From assembly GCA_024679065.1 (NCBI GenBank), contig JAGIQG010000043.1, positions 2,232,001 through 2,296,000 on the forward strand: a stretch of 64,000 bases of DNA, read 5' to 3'. Source of the stretch: Sphyrna mokarran. Taxonomy: Eukaryota. A program made the translations under genes and the position numbers. This document shows, one piece after another, positions 14,800 to 28,900 of the stretch. The stretch's first letter is position 1. Each line of letters opens with the position of its first letter. A model generated the notes under the pieces. It saw only the letters and a list, made by a program, of their open reading frames with translations. It did no database searches and was not told the origin of the DNA.

Positions 14800-15130
14800 T
14801 AAGAAGTCTCACAACACCGGGTTAAATTCAAACAAGTTTATTTGGTAACACAAGCCAAGAGCTTCCGGAGCACTGCCCTTTCATCAGGTAAATGGGAGTT
14901 CTTTTCACAATCAGGGCATATAAAGCTACAAACTCAATTTACTCAAAGCTACAAACTCAAAAACTCAAAGTAACGGTTGGATTGCGAGACTTTACAGATA
15001 TCAAAGGTGCAGACAATGTGAGTGGAGAGAGGTTTAAGCGCAGGTTGAAGGTATATTGTCTCCATCCAGGACAGTTGGTGAGATTTTCCAAGTCCAGGCA
15101 ATTCGTAGGGAGTTACAGATGGTGCATACT
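14800..15130 (-). mobile_element. Penelope-like element terminal fragment with degenerate hammerhead-like motif (paralog at about 42320-42640)
   Basis: Minus strand reads CTGATGA-AGGGCAGTGCTCC-GGAA...AATAAA...GGTGTTGTGAGACTT, resembling PLE terminal repeats. Confidence 0.45.
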
Positions 15131-15682
15131 CAATCTCACATGAAACTTTTCCCACTAACAGATCCATTGGAACAACACTTGTTGTTGTGTCCGTTGTTCT
15201 CCCGCAATCGAGCATAAAACGTGCTGGTCCAGTCTCCGAAGCATGCCACCAGTTGCTTTGTCATACAATCATTGAAGTCTTGATCCGTACGTTCCACCAG
15301 CCTTTGGTTAAAAAGTGATCAGGTGCTGCTAATACGTGTTGGTAATCTTTGGAGAGCATGCATTGCTAGGAATCAGCGCTAATAAAATCCTCGACGTTTG
15401 TGGGAAACCTCATCCTGGTATTCGATATACACTGGCGTCTTGACATGACATAACATCTCGATCAATGCCTGAAAAGTAGTGTAGCCCTCTCGGTGAACCT
15501 GCAACCCCTTTAAGTACAAGTGCACCATGATTAAACCCAAGGAACTCATTCATGCTCACAGGCACTCATGGCCCTTCCAGCGCACTCCCAGATGTGTAGG
15601 AAAGCAAAGGGAGGGCGTATTTGATTTTCCTGGCACCGATCACATTAGCTCACCAACTGTGATAACAACATCAGGAAGATAT

Positions 15683-18600
15683 ACAAAGGACAAAGAACAA
15701 AGAACAACACAGCACAGGAAACAGGCCCTTCGGCCCAGCGAGCCCGCGCCGCCATCCTAACATCTTAATGACATATAGAGACCAATATAGGGACAATTTG
15801 TTACCCAATCAGCCTAAGAGCACATTTTTGGGATGTGGGAGGAAACCGGAGCACCCGGAGAAAACCCACGCAACCACGGGGAGAACGCGCAAACTTCCGC
15901 AGACACAGGCCCAAATCCATGTGTCTGCACAGCAACAGCGATAGTCTCTGAGCTGTCATTTTGCCCATCTGATGGTCCAGTTTAAGCATACACTAACGAC
16001 GTGAAGCACTAGGCCACTCCTGAAGTAACCTCCAGGAGCAGCCCTTGCACGACCTGCCGAATGCATGCACCTTGTTGGTCAACAAGGTGGACCGAATAGC
16101 CTGTGGAAACAATTAAAGTATTTAAACAGTCCTCATCTATCCCTCTATCTGCAGACCGCTCATGTGGCTGTCCACGAGACCCTTAAAAAATCCTAGCGTG
16201 CCTGCTCCCACCACCTTACTCGGTAGTGCATTCCACACCCCCACTACCCTTTGTGTGAAAAAATGCCCTCTAATATTAGTCTTATACATAGCCCCCCTCA
16301 CCCTAAGGCCGTGACCCCGCGTTCTATCCGAATCTAATGGTGGAAAAAGCTTACCACCATTAGATTCCATTAGACTCTATTTATACCCCTCATAATCTTA
16401 TATACCTCTAATAGATCCCCTCTCAGCCGACATCTTTCAAGGGAAAACAACCCCAGTACGTTCAAACTTTCCTCGTAAGACAGCCCTTCCATACCAGGCA
16501 GCATCCTGGTAAATCTCCTCTGCACTCTTTCCAGGGACTCCACATCCTTCCGGTAGTACGGCGACCAGAACTGGACGCAGTACTCCAAGTGAGGCCTAAC
16601 CAACATTCTATACACTTGCAACATCAAACTCCTACTCTTGTATTCTATACCCCTTCCTGTGAAGGCTAACATACCATACGCTTTCTTTATCACTTTTTCC
16701 ACCTGTACTGACACCTTCAGAGACTTGTGAACCTGCACCCCCAGGTCTCTCTGCGTCTTACACTCCGGATAGTTTTACCTTTTATCCTATAACTCCCCTC
16801 GACAGTATTCTGGCCAAAATGCATGACCTCGCATTTATCCAGATTAGATTCCATTTGCCATCTATCTGCCCAATCTACCAGCCTATCAATGTCCTGTTGT
16901 ATTGCCTGGCACTGCTCCTCCGTCCCCGCCAATCCAAGTATCTTAGTGTCATCAGCAAATTTGCTGATCACACCACCTATCCCCTCTTCCAAGTCATTTA
17001 TATAAATCACAAATAGAAGAGGTCCTAGTACTGAGCCCTGTGGCACACCAGTAGTGACTGACCTCCAGTTGGAAAAAGAGCCTTCCACTCATACCCGCTG
17101 TCTCCTCCTCCCAAGCCAGTTCTCAACCCATCTACGTACCTGGCCCTGTATCCCATGCGCCTTCACCTTTTTTATCAGCTTACCATGCGGAACCTTGTCA
17201 AACGCCTTACTGAAATCCATGTAGACGACATCAACGGCTTGTCCTTCATCAACCGTTTTTGTCACCTCTTCAAAAAATTCCACTAGATTCGTAAGGCACG
17301 ACCTCCCCTTAACGAAGCCATGCTGTGTATCCCTGATCAGATCACAGCGCTCCAGATGCTCACACATCCTGTCCCTGAGGATCCTCTCCATTAGCTTACC
17401 TATAACTGAAGTCAAGCTCACCGGCCTATAGTTCCCTGGGTTATCCCTCTGACCCTTTTTAAACAACGTACTACATTTGCAATCCTCCAGTCCTCTGGGA
17501 CCTCACCTGTGTCCAAAGAAGAGACAAAGATTTGCGTCAGAGGCCCAGCAATGTCATCCCTCACCTCCCTTAGTAGCCTGGGATAAATACCATCAGGCCC
17601 CGGAGCTTTATAAGTCTTTATGCTACCTAAAAGCCCCAACACTTCTTCCCTCATAATGATTATTTCCTTTAACGGATCCTCAAAATCCTCAAAGCCAGCA
17701 TCAGATATCAGGCCCCTCTCCCACGTGAATACCGACGCAAAGTATTCATTAAGGATCTCCCCCATCCCCTCAGGCTCTAAGCATAGATCCCCTCCTCTGT
17801 CCCTGAGAGGTCCAATCTTGCCTCTAACCATCCTTTTGCTCCTTACATAGGAGTAAAATACCTTAGGATTTTCCTTAATCCTACCTGCCAAAGCCATTTC
17901 GTGGCCCCTTTTTGCCTTTCTGACACCCCTTTTAAGATCCCGTCTACACACTCTATATTTTTCCAGCGCTGCCTCTGTCCCCAATTGCCTGGATCTAACG
18001 TACGCCTCCCGCTTCTTCCTGAAGAAGTCCTCAACATCCCTAGTAACCCACGGTTCTCTAATCCTACCCTTCCCATCCTTTCTCCTTACCGGCACGTGTC
18101 TATCCTGCAAAAAATTTAGTTTTCCCTTGAAAGATTCCCACATGTGCAGCGTCGACCTACCCTCGAACAGCTTATCCCAGTCGGTATCCTTAAGATCCTG
18201 CCTAATCTGGCTATATCTAGCCCTGCCCCAGTTTAACACCCTCCCCTTAGGGCAGGATTCATCTTTTTCCATTAAAACCCTAAAGCAGACAGAGTTGTGG
18301 TCACTATTAGACACATGCTCTCCTACTACAACGTCAACCACCTGCCCTGGCTCATTCCCCAGAACCAGATCCAGTATAGCCCCCTCTCTAGTCGGGCTAT
18401 CCACATCCTGCTCCAAGGACCCTTCTAAAACACACTGTACAAATTCCTCCCCGTCCGCACCTTACGCTCTCGGCACCTTCCAATCTACCCCAGGGAAATT
18501 GAAATCTCCCATTACAACTACTCTATTCTGCCTACACTTATCTAAAATTTCCTTACATATCCCTTCTTCCACGGCCCACGGACTGTTGGGCGGTCTGTAG

Positions 18601-18828
18601 TACACACCCAACATAGTAACCTCTCCCTTCCTATTCCTCAACTCCACCCATAGCGACTCAATTCCTAACTCAGCCATACCACCCTCCTTCTGCACTGCTA
18701 TGATGTGATCCTTAACTAATAACGCCACTCCCCCTCCTCTCCTCAAACCACCTCTATCATGCCTAAAACATTTATACCCCGGAATATTCAATTGCCAGTC
18801 CTGCCCTTCCTTTAGCCACGTCTCAGCC
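15683..18828 (-). mobile_element. CR1-clade LINE (second family), 5'-truncated, disrupted ORF2, with SINE-containing 3' end; specific to copy B
   Basis: APE motifs (AETWL, GDFN, SDHN) and RT motifs ([14 protein letters not shown]) spread over six ORF pieces. ATAT target duplication at 15679-15682 and 18829-18832; empty site GAAGATATCTCGG at about 43177 in copy C. Confidence 0.92.
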
Positions 18829-19949
18829 ATATCTCGGACGAAGCTCCAAACGAGCGCGTTATTTCAAATAATCTCAGGGAGACCCTTATTTCGTTAATTT
18901 AGTGGCCGTGCTGGGGTCGGAAAAATAATCAGACAGCAGAGGAGGGACCCCGTCCTCAGCACGAAGTAAGCTTCCTTAATGAAGTATGTTTTCGTGTCTT
19001 CAGAGGGTGGTCCTTCGGATCCCCCGTGCAGGAGCACTGACTAATTTTAGGTAAGATAGAATGATTAGAGTCGCTAATTTGCACTCCCGCCACTGGAAAG
19101 GTCCCCCAAATATTTAGAGCTTTCATTATCCTTTTCTAATGCTGGTAAATGAGCCAGGCTTGTGGCAATGAGAGATGTTCCAATGCATCAACATTAACTA
19201 TCTGGATTCCAGATCGCTGTTCATGAAGATATTTGGAGGCTGACAATAAAGTAGAGCTTTATCAGGACAGAGACTTTGGGGAGAAAGGGAGGTGGGACTG
19301 GTGGTAGGTGGAGAAGGAGTGTGGAATTGCCTTATCGAATTCTAGAGGCCTAATAGGTAATAGAACAAAGAACAAAGAACAAAACCGCACGGGTAACACC
19401 CAACAAGGCCGCATCGCCATTTTAACATTGTGAGTGCCTCGTCTACCTAAACCTTTGTCTACCCTTATTGGAGAAGATTGAGGGAAGTCGAATTTAGGAC
19501 AATTTGATAACACCAATAGTGTTTATGTTTGGTAGTTAATTAAATAAATCATCTGAAACTGTTGATAGATGTTTTGGACACCGAGTACAGCCCCAGCTCT
19601 GACAAAGGGTTATCCAGAACCATCAGCTCAGAAACGTTGCTCCTATTCTCCCTCCACTGATGCTGTCAGACCTGCTGAGATTTTACAGAATTTCCTGCTT
19701 TTATTTCAGATTCCAGTACGAAATTGCTTTAAGCCAATTTATTAGAACTCGCTTTACACCTCTCCTCGACTTTCGCAATCTGTTGGGTTGCCTTATTATC
19801 CCATCACCTTTTGAAAATTCATTCTGTTGGCTATTTATAGCTGAAGTCACAACCACAGCCATTTGCTCAACTGTAGAATTACTAATTTTCTCAGTCTGCT
19901 CAGATGCAGATGTAGGGTGTCATGGTAACAAAGCCCTATCATAGCAGAT

Positions 19950-21062
19950 GTCACCATTGTAGATGCCAAATCAGCCTTCTCGAAGGTGAACCTACGGAAA
20001 GCGATAGACTGGGATGGGGTACCAGGATGAGCACGTAGACCCTATGCCAATCAACGAGCGGGAACATTCGCAGACATCTTCAGTCTCCCTTTCCAACAGC
20101 CTGAGATCCCTATCTGCTTCTAGAAGACAATCACCAACCCACTATCAAAGTATAGCCTTAATAATGCGTGAGGTCCCTATCTACTTCTAGAAGACAATCA
20201 CCAACCCACTACCAAAGCGTGTCTTAATAGTTATCGTCAGGTAGCTCTGACATCCATCACTATGAAGATCTTTGAATGGCTAGTCATGACATAATCAATT
20301 CCAGCTTCCTAGACTGCCATGATGCACGACCGTTTGCCTACAGTCGCAAGAGATCCGCAGAGAAGCCATCTCCCTGGCCCTATACTCAACTCTGGAACAT
20401 CGTAGTAACAAAGCCTCAACACCATTATTCCTAAAGAGCATATCTCCAAGCTCAATGGCCTGGGCCACGCCCCCTCCCTCTGCGACTGGATCCTAAACTT
20501 CCTAACCCATAGAGCACAATCAGTAAGAATAGGTAACAACACTTGCTCCGATGGTGCTCAGCATCGGTGCCCCGCGAGACTCTGTTCTCAGCCCCCTACT
20601 ATACTCCTTCTGTATGTATGACTATGTGGCCAAATTCCCCTCCAAACCCATTTTCAAGTTTGTTGATGACGTCACGGTCATGAGTCGGATCTCAAACAAT
20701 GATGAGACAGAATACAGGAATGAGATAGAGAATCTTGTGGACTGATGCGGCAATAATTATCTCTCCCTCACTGTCAACAAAACGAAGAAGATTGTCATTG
20801 ACTTCAGGAAGTGTAGCAGAGAACATGCCCCAGTCTATATCAGTGGGGACGAGTCAAGACCATTCCTGACATAGCTTTTCTACTGCCATCAGATTTTGAA
20901 TAGACCAACCTTGCATTCAGTTGATCTTTCTCTACACCCTCGCTCTGACTGTAACACTGCAATCTCACCACTCCTTTCATTCTCTAGTGCTTTGTCTGTA
21001 GAGCGCATATGAAACAATATCTTTCACTGTATACTCATACATGTGACAATAATAAATCCAAT
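19950..21062 (+). mobile_element. Decayed Rex1/Babar-type LINE RT fragment plus 3' tail
   Basis: VALTS, LCDWILNFLT, GAPRDSVLSPLLYS, KFVDD, NKTK.IVIDFRK; tail GACAATAATAAATCCAATC. Confidence 0.8.
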
Positions 21063-21271
21063 CAACACATAGACCCGCACACAGCCAGAATCTCTCTGCG
21101 CCTCTCACATCCACACGCCCACACACAAGCAGAGTTTCTCTCGCACACAGACACAACCAGTGTCTTTCTCGCTCTCTGAATCACAAGCACACGCGTGTAA
21201 ACATGCGAACACACACCTTTACCGATGGACCTTCTGTTGGATACTATCAGAATAACACAACGAAGTATACG

Positions 21272-21320
<49 letters not shown>

Positions 21321-21546
21321 ACACGCAGCCAGAACCTTTATCGTTCTCTCTCCCCATCACGCAAACATAGTTTTATGAATCTACCCTTGCTTGATAATGT
21401 TAGAATCACATACCCCCGCCTTCACAGAGACAGCCACAATTTATCTGTCTGTCTGCCTGTCTTTATCTTTCACAGACCCATGTACACACAAAGAAACACA
21501 CATGCCTTTACCAATCTACCCTCTGCTGGAAAATGGAAAATGTCAG

Positions 21547-21611
<65 letters not shown>

Positions 21612-23640
21612 TGCTATCCCTTATAATTCATTCCAAGACTTTGCCCACAACAGAAGTCAGGCTCACCGGTCTATAATTTCCAGGATGATCCCTACTCCCC
21701 TTTTTGAACAAAGGGACAACAGTTAGTTGATAAGTATATGGAAGAGAAGGGAATCGTTTAGTTTGGAGGGTCATTGCTTTTTATATTGGTCGGCGCAACA
21801 TCGAAGGCCGAAGGGCCTGTTATGTGCTGTAATGTTCTATGTTCTATGTTCTATGTTCTCTTTGCCATCCTCCAGTCTTCTGGCACTATACCTGTCGCCA
21901 ACGACGACATGAAGGTCAAAGCCAAAGGCTCTGCAATCTCCTCTCTGGCCTCCCAGGGAATCCTGGGTTTACATACACACACGCATGTTACCAATTCAGC
22001 CTTTCCTGATAATATCAGAATCAAATACCCATGCAGACACATAGATAGCCAGAATTCCTCTCAACCTCTCTCTCTGTTTCTCTTACCCTCTCGTACACAA
22101 AAGTACAGACACCTTAACCAATCTACCCTCTGCTGGGCAACGTCAGGATCACACACACACACAAACACACACACACACACACCTTTAATACTCTTCCCAT
22201 TACTGGATAATGTCAGGAACGGACATTTACAAATCCACAATCTCTGCTGGGACTGTCAGAATTTCATTGGACGCGATATTACCGGAAACAACTTTGCTTA
22301 AGATTATTTTGTTGTGTGTTGAGTGTATCACATGCGTTTCACATCACATTGAAAGTAAGATTTCAGTCTCCGCTATCAGTGTTTCCATTCTTATTGAATC
22401 CATTTGTGATTCTCCTCTCTTTGATTAGCAGCGTTTTCAATACAGCAACATCAAACATGTATCTGCTTTCACTCGGGATGATGATTAATAAGAACATAAT
22501 TAAAATTGGATTAAAATAAGATTACTTTTCAAATTAAAATATCTAGTCAGTAAACAGATTTATTTGGCTGTTAGACAGGACCAATCAATCCAAGTAGACA
22601 GTTCTTCCGTATCCTGTCAGTCTCTGCCGTCCCATGTTGAAAGGGAAATGTTCCCAATTCCTCACAGTTCGTTGCTTCAAAAAAAATGGAAACCCGTTTT
22701 CTGGCTCCCCTAGTGGTGAGAGAATTTGCTCTGTCTGGGTATTACTGAAAAAAAAAACTTCTTGCGGGTGAGAAGGGTCAAGCTATCTTCTTGAGTTGTT
22801 TTGAATAACAACTTCTCCTAATGACGCACACAAACACACACATACAAATTCATACACTGACTCATGCTCTCTCTCTCTCTCAGTGACACACACATACACA
22901 CATACACATACACATTCTCTCTGGCTCTCTCACATACACACCCACAGACACTCACAAACACTTGCAGATACACTTATACATTCACACTCACGCATTCATA
23001 CAGACAGACAGACAGACAGACAGACACACACACACACAAATATACATACACAAATACATACACATATGATGTCTTTCTCTCTCCCTCTCTTTCTCTCTGC
23101 CTTTGTCTCTCTCTCTCTCTCTCTCTATCTCCCACATACACACACACAGAAACATACTGATAAGAAAATATTAGATGAGAGAGGCATCAGTGTCGGCACA
23201 GACTTGGTGGGCCAAAGGGTTTGTTTCTGTACTGTAATATTCTTTGTTCTTTGTTCACACTCATGCACTCAAATACACTGATACACACATGTTCACATAC
23301 GCACACACACTCTCTCTCACACACTGTTAAACATATATAAACGCATACATACACACTCATGCACTTAAACACACTCTGAAACGCACTCACATTCTGATGC
23401 ACAGACACACACACTCATACATGTATACACACTCATGCCCACACTTATAGACCCTCAGACAAAAAACAGACATACACTCGCGCATATACACACAGATAAA
23501 TTCATACACTTTAACACACACACACACACGCACACACGCTTACATATTAAGCTGATTCACTGACACACACGCTTACTCACACTTTCTCACCTATAAACAC
23601 ACTCTCTCATACACTGACACACACTCGAACACTTACACTT
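21063..23640. repeat. (CA)n/(CT)n microsatellite-rich low-complexity region with a CR1 remnant (about 21610-21965)
   Basis: Pure CA runs at about 21272-21325 and 21552-21608, with long degenerate CA/CT tracts. Paralogous tracts at about 45400-45880 and 50330-51790. Confidence 0.9.
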
Positions 23641-23908
23641 AATGTCTGCGAAATGTCACATAGAATCCCTCAGTTTATTAATTGAGGCATTTAGTCTTTA
23701 ATCAATCAAGTTTGGATGAGCAGATATGAAACATTACTTGCATATATTTTCCACGTTCCCTTCAGTTCCAAACACCAAACTTCTGGAATGATATTAGCAT
23801 TGTCGGAAAATTCCTGAACATATTAGAGGAGAGCAATGCCAGTCAAAGTAGAACGTTTGGGGAAGTCGATACTGAGTTGACATTGTTCTCCTGAGAGCAG
23901 AGACACTT

Positions 23909-24669
23909 ACATAGAACATAGAACAATACAGCACAGAACAGGCCCTTCGGCCTTCGATGTTGTGCCGACCAAAATAAAAAGCAATGCCCCTCCTAACTAA
24001 ACCATTCCCTTCTCATCCATATACTTATCAACTAACCTCTTAAACGCCACCAAAATTGGCGCATCTACAACAGCTGCAGGCAGGGCATTCCACTCCCTAA
24101 TCACTCTTGAGTAAAGAACCTACCTCTGATATCCGTCCTATAACTCATACCCCTTAATTTAAAGCTGTGTCCCCTCGTGCTAGCTTTCTCCATCCTAGGA
24201 AAAGGCTATCACTGTCCACCCTATCTAAACCTCTAATCATCTTATATGCTTCAATAAGATCCCCTCTTAGCCGCCTCCTTTCTAACGAAAACAACCTCAA
24301 ATCCTTCAACCTCTCTTCATAGGACCTGCCCTCCATACCAGGCAACATCCTAGTAACCTCCTCTGTACCCTCTCCAATGCCTCCACATCTTTCTTATAAT
24401 GTGGCGACCAGAACTGCACACAATACTCCAAGTGCGGCAGCACTAGAGTTTTGTACAGTTGCAACATGATGCTGCGGCTCCTAAATTCAATCCCCTACCA
24501 ATAAAAGCTAAGACTCCATATGCCTTCTTAACAACTTTATCCACTTGACTGCCTACTTTCAGGGATCTATTGACACATACACCAAGATCCTTCTGTTCCT
24601 CAACACTATTAAGAGCCCTACCATTAGCCCTATACTCTACACATTTATTGTTCCTGCCAAAGTGCAGGA
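23909..24669 (-). mobile_element. CR1/HER1-type LINE 3' fragment downstream of gene 1, specific to copy B
   Basis: ACTT target duplication at 23905-23908 and 24670-24673; empty site GAGACACTTGGGTGG at about 52053. Confidence 0.9.
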
Positions 24670-25909
24670 ACTTGGGTGGAGATATGGAAGAGATGTGGAA
24701 CACCATGGAAGCGGTGTCTGAGGGAGGGAATATTTAATCGTAAAATACTCAGCATAAGCATATCGAACAGCTAATATTTCAATTTAAGTTTTAAGGACGA
24801 AATGGGCATTTAAATAAGGTAGTAATGATATTTTCAAAATGAATGGCTAATAAGCCTGCTAGTATTAAATTGCATAACTCAAGGACTGATTGTGTCGGTA
24901 AGTTAGCTAAAACAAATATAACCAGAATGATAGTGGGATAGCTTGATCTTGAGTTTGGACACCGCTCGGCACAGCATCGAAGGGCCGAAGCACTTGTTCT
25001 ATGCTGTACTGTGCTATAGTCTACATAACTTGGGATGATTAAGAAATCGGGCATTGATTAAAGGGACAAATAATGTAATTTTGTATTGGGTACAGAGACT
25101 CCAACCTGGGAATTCAGCCGGATGATCGAGCCCTCCTCCAGCAGATTACTTAGATTTGTCTTCCCCACAGAACGCGGAGTATTGAAATTATTGTTAGGTA
25201 TTGCTAAACAACAAGGAAGCCATTTTGTTTAAGAAGTGAACCCACTTAGCCGTGTTATCAGACGGGAATATGGATTTCAGAAAATTTTCTTTCAGGTTTA
25301 ACTACCAATATCCAATTGAATGCCCAAAACTAGGGTAGATCCAGTTAAGTTTGGGGCACATTTAATCTTGCAGATTGCATATTCATGCAGCAGAAATCCC
25401 AAACCAGTTGCTCACATTCCTGTTCTGCCCATAATACCATCTCTAACGGAAACAAACCCACCCTAAAAATGTTCCTGTAAATTAGCTGAAGAGCCGCCGG
25501 AAACATATTTGTTCCAAATCCTTATAGAAACCGGAATTACACAGGTAACATTTGGTATTGAAGACCTTCTTCTATATTTAGTTAATTCGGATATTGATAC
25601 ATTTTTATCAATATCTTGCACAATTACGGTAGAAAATGCAGAATAGAATTTTAAAACCCACTATGAGAAATTAGAAGCATAGAAAGGTGGAATTGCATTG
25701 CAGGCGATAATCCATCTGAAGAATGGTGGAAATTAACAGAAAGTTCATTTCTGCTTTGGTTGCCATCACAATAATGAGCCCCCAGTCCGTCCGATTTTGC
25801 ACCGGCTGCACTTTCGGAATTCTCCTTGCAAAAATAAGAATGTTTCCACGACACTATAAATCCCGGAAACACACGGTGAGTTCTCTCTGTAACAGTCTTC
25901 TGTCTCGAG

Positions 25910-25954
25910 TTAAAATTTTGGATCCTCGTTAAAGGCCAGGCGAGCGTAAAGTGT
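25910..25954 (-). CDS. Copy 1 exon 6, terminal coding exon with tyrosine motif TLYARL
   Basis: Branch-like CTAAC, then CTTTTCATCCACAG acceptor; phase 0 gives TLYARLAFNEDPKF-TAA; identical in copy 2. Confidence 0.75.
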   Translation of the reverse strand, partial: TLYARLAFNEDPKF

Positions 25955-28900
25955 CTGTGGATGAAAAGTGATCTGTTAGCGTGATACAAACCATTATTAT
26001 AGTGACAGGTGAGACCATTGAGTCCCCCCAATCCTCCGCCTCCCCCCCCACTCCATTCAATCGGCTCATGGCTGCAAGGTAATTCAACTCACAGTCACCC
26101 ACTAATATTGAATAATCCTTAATCCCTCCCTAATATAAATCTAACTGTCGCATCTCTGGAGTTCCAGTTTCCTAATGCTCTATATCACTTTTTACTGACC
26201 AGAATTCCGCCTTGCGTTCTGTGAAGATTTATTATTCTCACATATGTGAGTATGCACTGAAATGTAATGATTCTTGCCCACTGTAAAGACAAAGTGTATT
26301 GTGTATGGAGAATGAAAGGAGAAGGTACAGATTATAGTGTTACAGTGATAGACAGGCTTGAAGAGAAAGTTCAACTTAACATCAGACAGGTCAATTCTAA
26401 TGTCTGATGGCAGCAGGGAAGGAGCTATCCTTGCGTGACCTCAGAATTATATATCTTTTTTTCCCGAAGAAAGAAGGTGGAGAAATAAAACGTTTGCGGG
26501 GTGCGCGGGGTCCTTGATAATGGTGGCTGTTTATATAGAAACATAGAAGATAGCAGCAGGGAGAAGACAATTGGCCCTTTGGTTCTGCTCCACCATCCAT
26601 TATGATCATGACTGATCGTCCAGCCCAATCGTTTAAGCCTACTTTCTTCCCATAATTTCGCTTCCAAGTGCTGTATCCAGCCGCCCGTTGAATACATTCA
26701 ATGTTTTGGCATCAACTACTTTCTGTGATAATGAATTCCACAGGGTCACTGAGTGAAGAAATGTCTCCTCACCTCCGTCCTAAATGGTCTATCCCAAAAC
26801 CTCAAACTGTGACCCCTGATTCCTGACTCCCTCCACTATCGGGAACATCCTTCCTGTATTTATTCTGTTTAGCCCTGATAGGATTTTATAAGTCTCTGTG
26901 AAATCACCCCCCATTCGTCGGAACTGCTTTGAAAACAATTTTAGCTAGTCAATCTCTCCTCAAGATGAATCCTGCCATTCCTGGAGTGAGCCTGGTAAAC
27001 CTTTGCTGCACTCCCTCCAGAGCCAGAACATCCTTCCAAAGTGAGTGCATTTGGTATGTCTCCTGCTCTGTCCAAGACTACAAGAACAGGTCGAGTCCCA
27101 TTATTCAAACCAGCCTCCCCTCCATTGACTCTGTCTACACGTCCTGTTGCCTCGGGGAAAAGCAGCCAACATAATCAAGGACCCCGCCCCCCTCCCACAC
27201 GCACTTCCGACATTCTGTCTTCCATCTTCTTCCATCAGGAAAAAGATACAAAAGTCTGAGGTCAAGTACCAACCGACTCAAGAACAGGTTCTTCTGTGCT
27301 GCTGTCAGACTTCTGAAAGGACCTACCTCGCACTAAGTTGATCTTTCTATCTTTCTCTACATTCTGGGTATGATTGTAGCACTATATTCTCCACTCTCTC
27401 TTTTACTTCTCAAGGAACGGTATGCTTTCTCTATGTCGTGCGCAAGAAGCAATACTTTTCACTGAATCCCATACATGTGACAATAACAAACTATCAATGG
27501 TATGCTTTGTCTGTATAGTAGACAAGAATCAATTCTTTTCACTGTATCCCAATGTACGTGACAATAATAAATCAAATCAAATCAAATATTCCATGAATGA
27601 ATTAAACAAAAAAACTAACTTGAGAGGAGTTATTCGGCCTCGAAGCTTTCTCTGTCCATGGAAGCCGCCAGGCTTGTTGAAGTTTTCTACAATTTTCCGT
27701 GTTGGTTATCAATTCCAAACCGCGGATAAATAATTAATGAAAAGTATCCGCGCGGTATGTCAAAAAAAAATCCATTCATTCACCTCTTTATTCTGTTTGT
27801 GTTCTCTGGATTCTGTCAGTTCCTCATCACTGTTCGCGGTTCCTGATAGAAAGAGGGATTTAAACTGAAATTTAAAATGGATTAATTTCACACTGAACCC
27901 GCTCAGAAGTGTCAATAACTCGGTGATAAACGTGTGGAATGAGAGCGCCACGGAGTAACAGATTCCCCCAACTATCGTTACCTCTCTGTCGGTTCCTGCA
28001 GATCCTTCTTCCTGCCACAAGGACCAATCCCAGAAGGAGAAGTGCCGCGGCCGACAAACCCCCGGAAAATAGTAAATGACAGGTGAGCGAGAACGGAGAG
28101 TCTGCAAAAAAGCATTAAACTTTCAGTCAACAGAAATCAAGCGTGAAAATAATTAAACAAGCAAGGATCTTGTTCAATCTAACTGTCCAATTCGACCGGA
28201 AAATGGTAAAAAATTTGCACACTTTCCCTTCATGTAAGAGTCGCACTTTTACAATAGAATACTAGGCGCGGCAGAGAGAGATAGTGACAGAGAGATTGAA
28301 CACTTTTTGAATAGGGCACACAGGGAGATGGAGGGAGAGAGTGGAAGATTCAGGCAGAGTATAATCATATAATCCCACAGTGCAGAAGAAGACCATTCAG
28401 ACCATCGAGTCTGCACTACCCTATCCCCGACACCCCACGTATTTAATCTGCTAATCCACCTGACTTTTGGCTCAATTTAGCATGGCCAATCCACTTAACC
28501 CGCGTACGTTTGGACACTGAAGGGCAATTTGTCATAGCAAATCTAACTAACCTACATATCTCCGATACTAAGGAGCAATTTACCATGGCTTATTCACCTA
28601 ACTTATACATCCTTTGACATTAAGGGCAATTTGCCATGGTTGATACACCCAGCATTCACATCCTTTGGCACGAAGGAGCAATTTACCACGGCTGGTCCAT
28701 TTAACCTACACATCCGTTGACGCTAAAGGGCATGTACCATGGCTGATCCACCTAACCGACACATCCTTTGGACACTAAGGGACAATTTAGCATGGCCAAT
28801 CTTTGGAATTTGAGGGAAAACAGGAGCACCCGCGGGAAGGCCGATGTAATTGAAAGGGATTGAAGTACTGGGAGGCGAAGGGATGAATAAACGGTTCATT

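Noticed and set aside
21062-23414. His/Thr- and Cys/Val-rich ORFs
   Set aside because: They are translations of (CA)n/(TG)n microsatellites.
28470-28800. Regularly spaced repeats as a CRISPR-like array (also 58990-59803)
   Set aside because: Whole units are degenerate copies with no unique spacers, they derive from SINE/LINE sequence, and the DNA is vertebrate.
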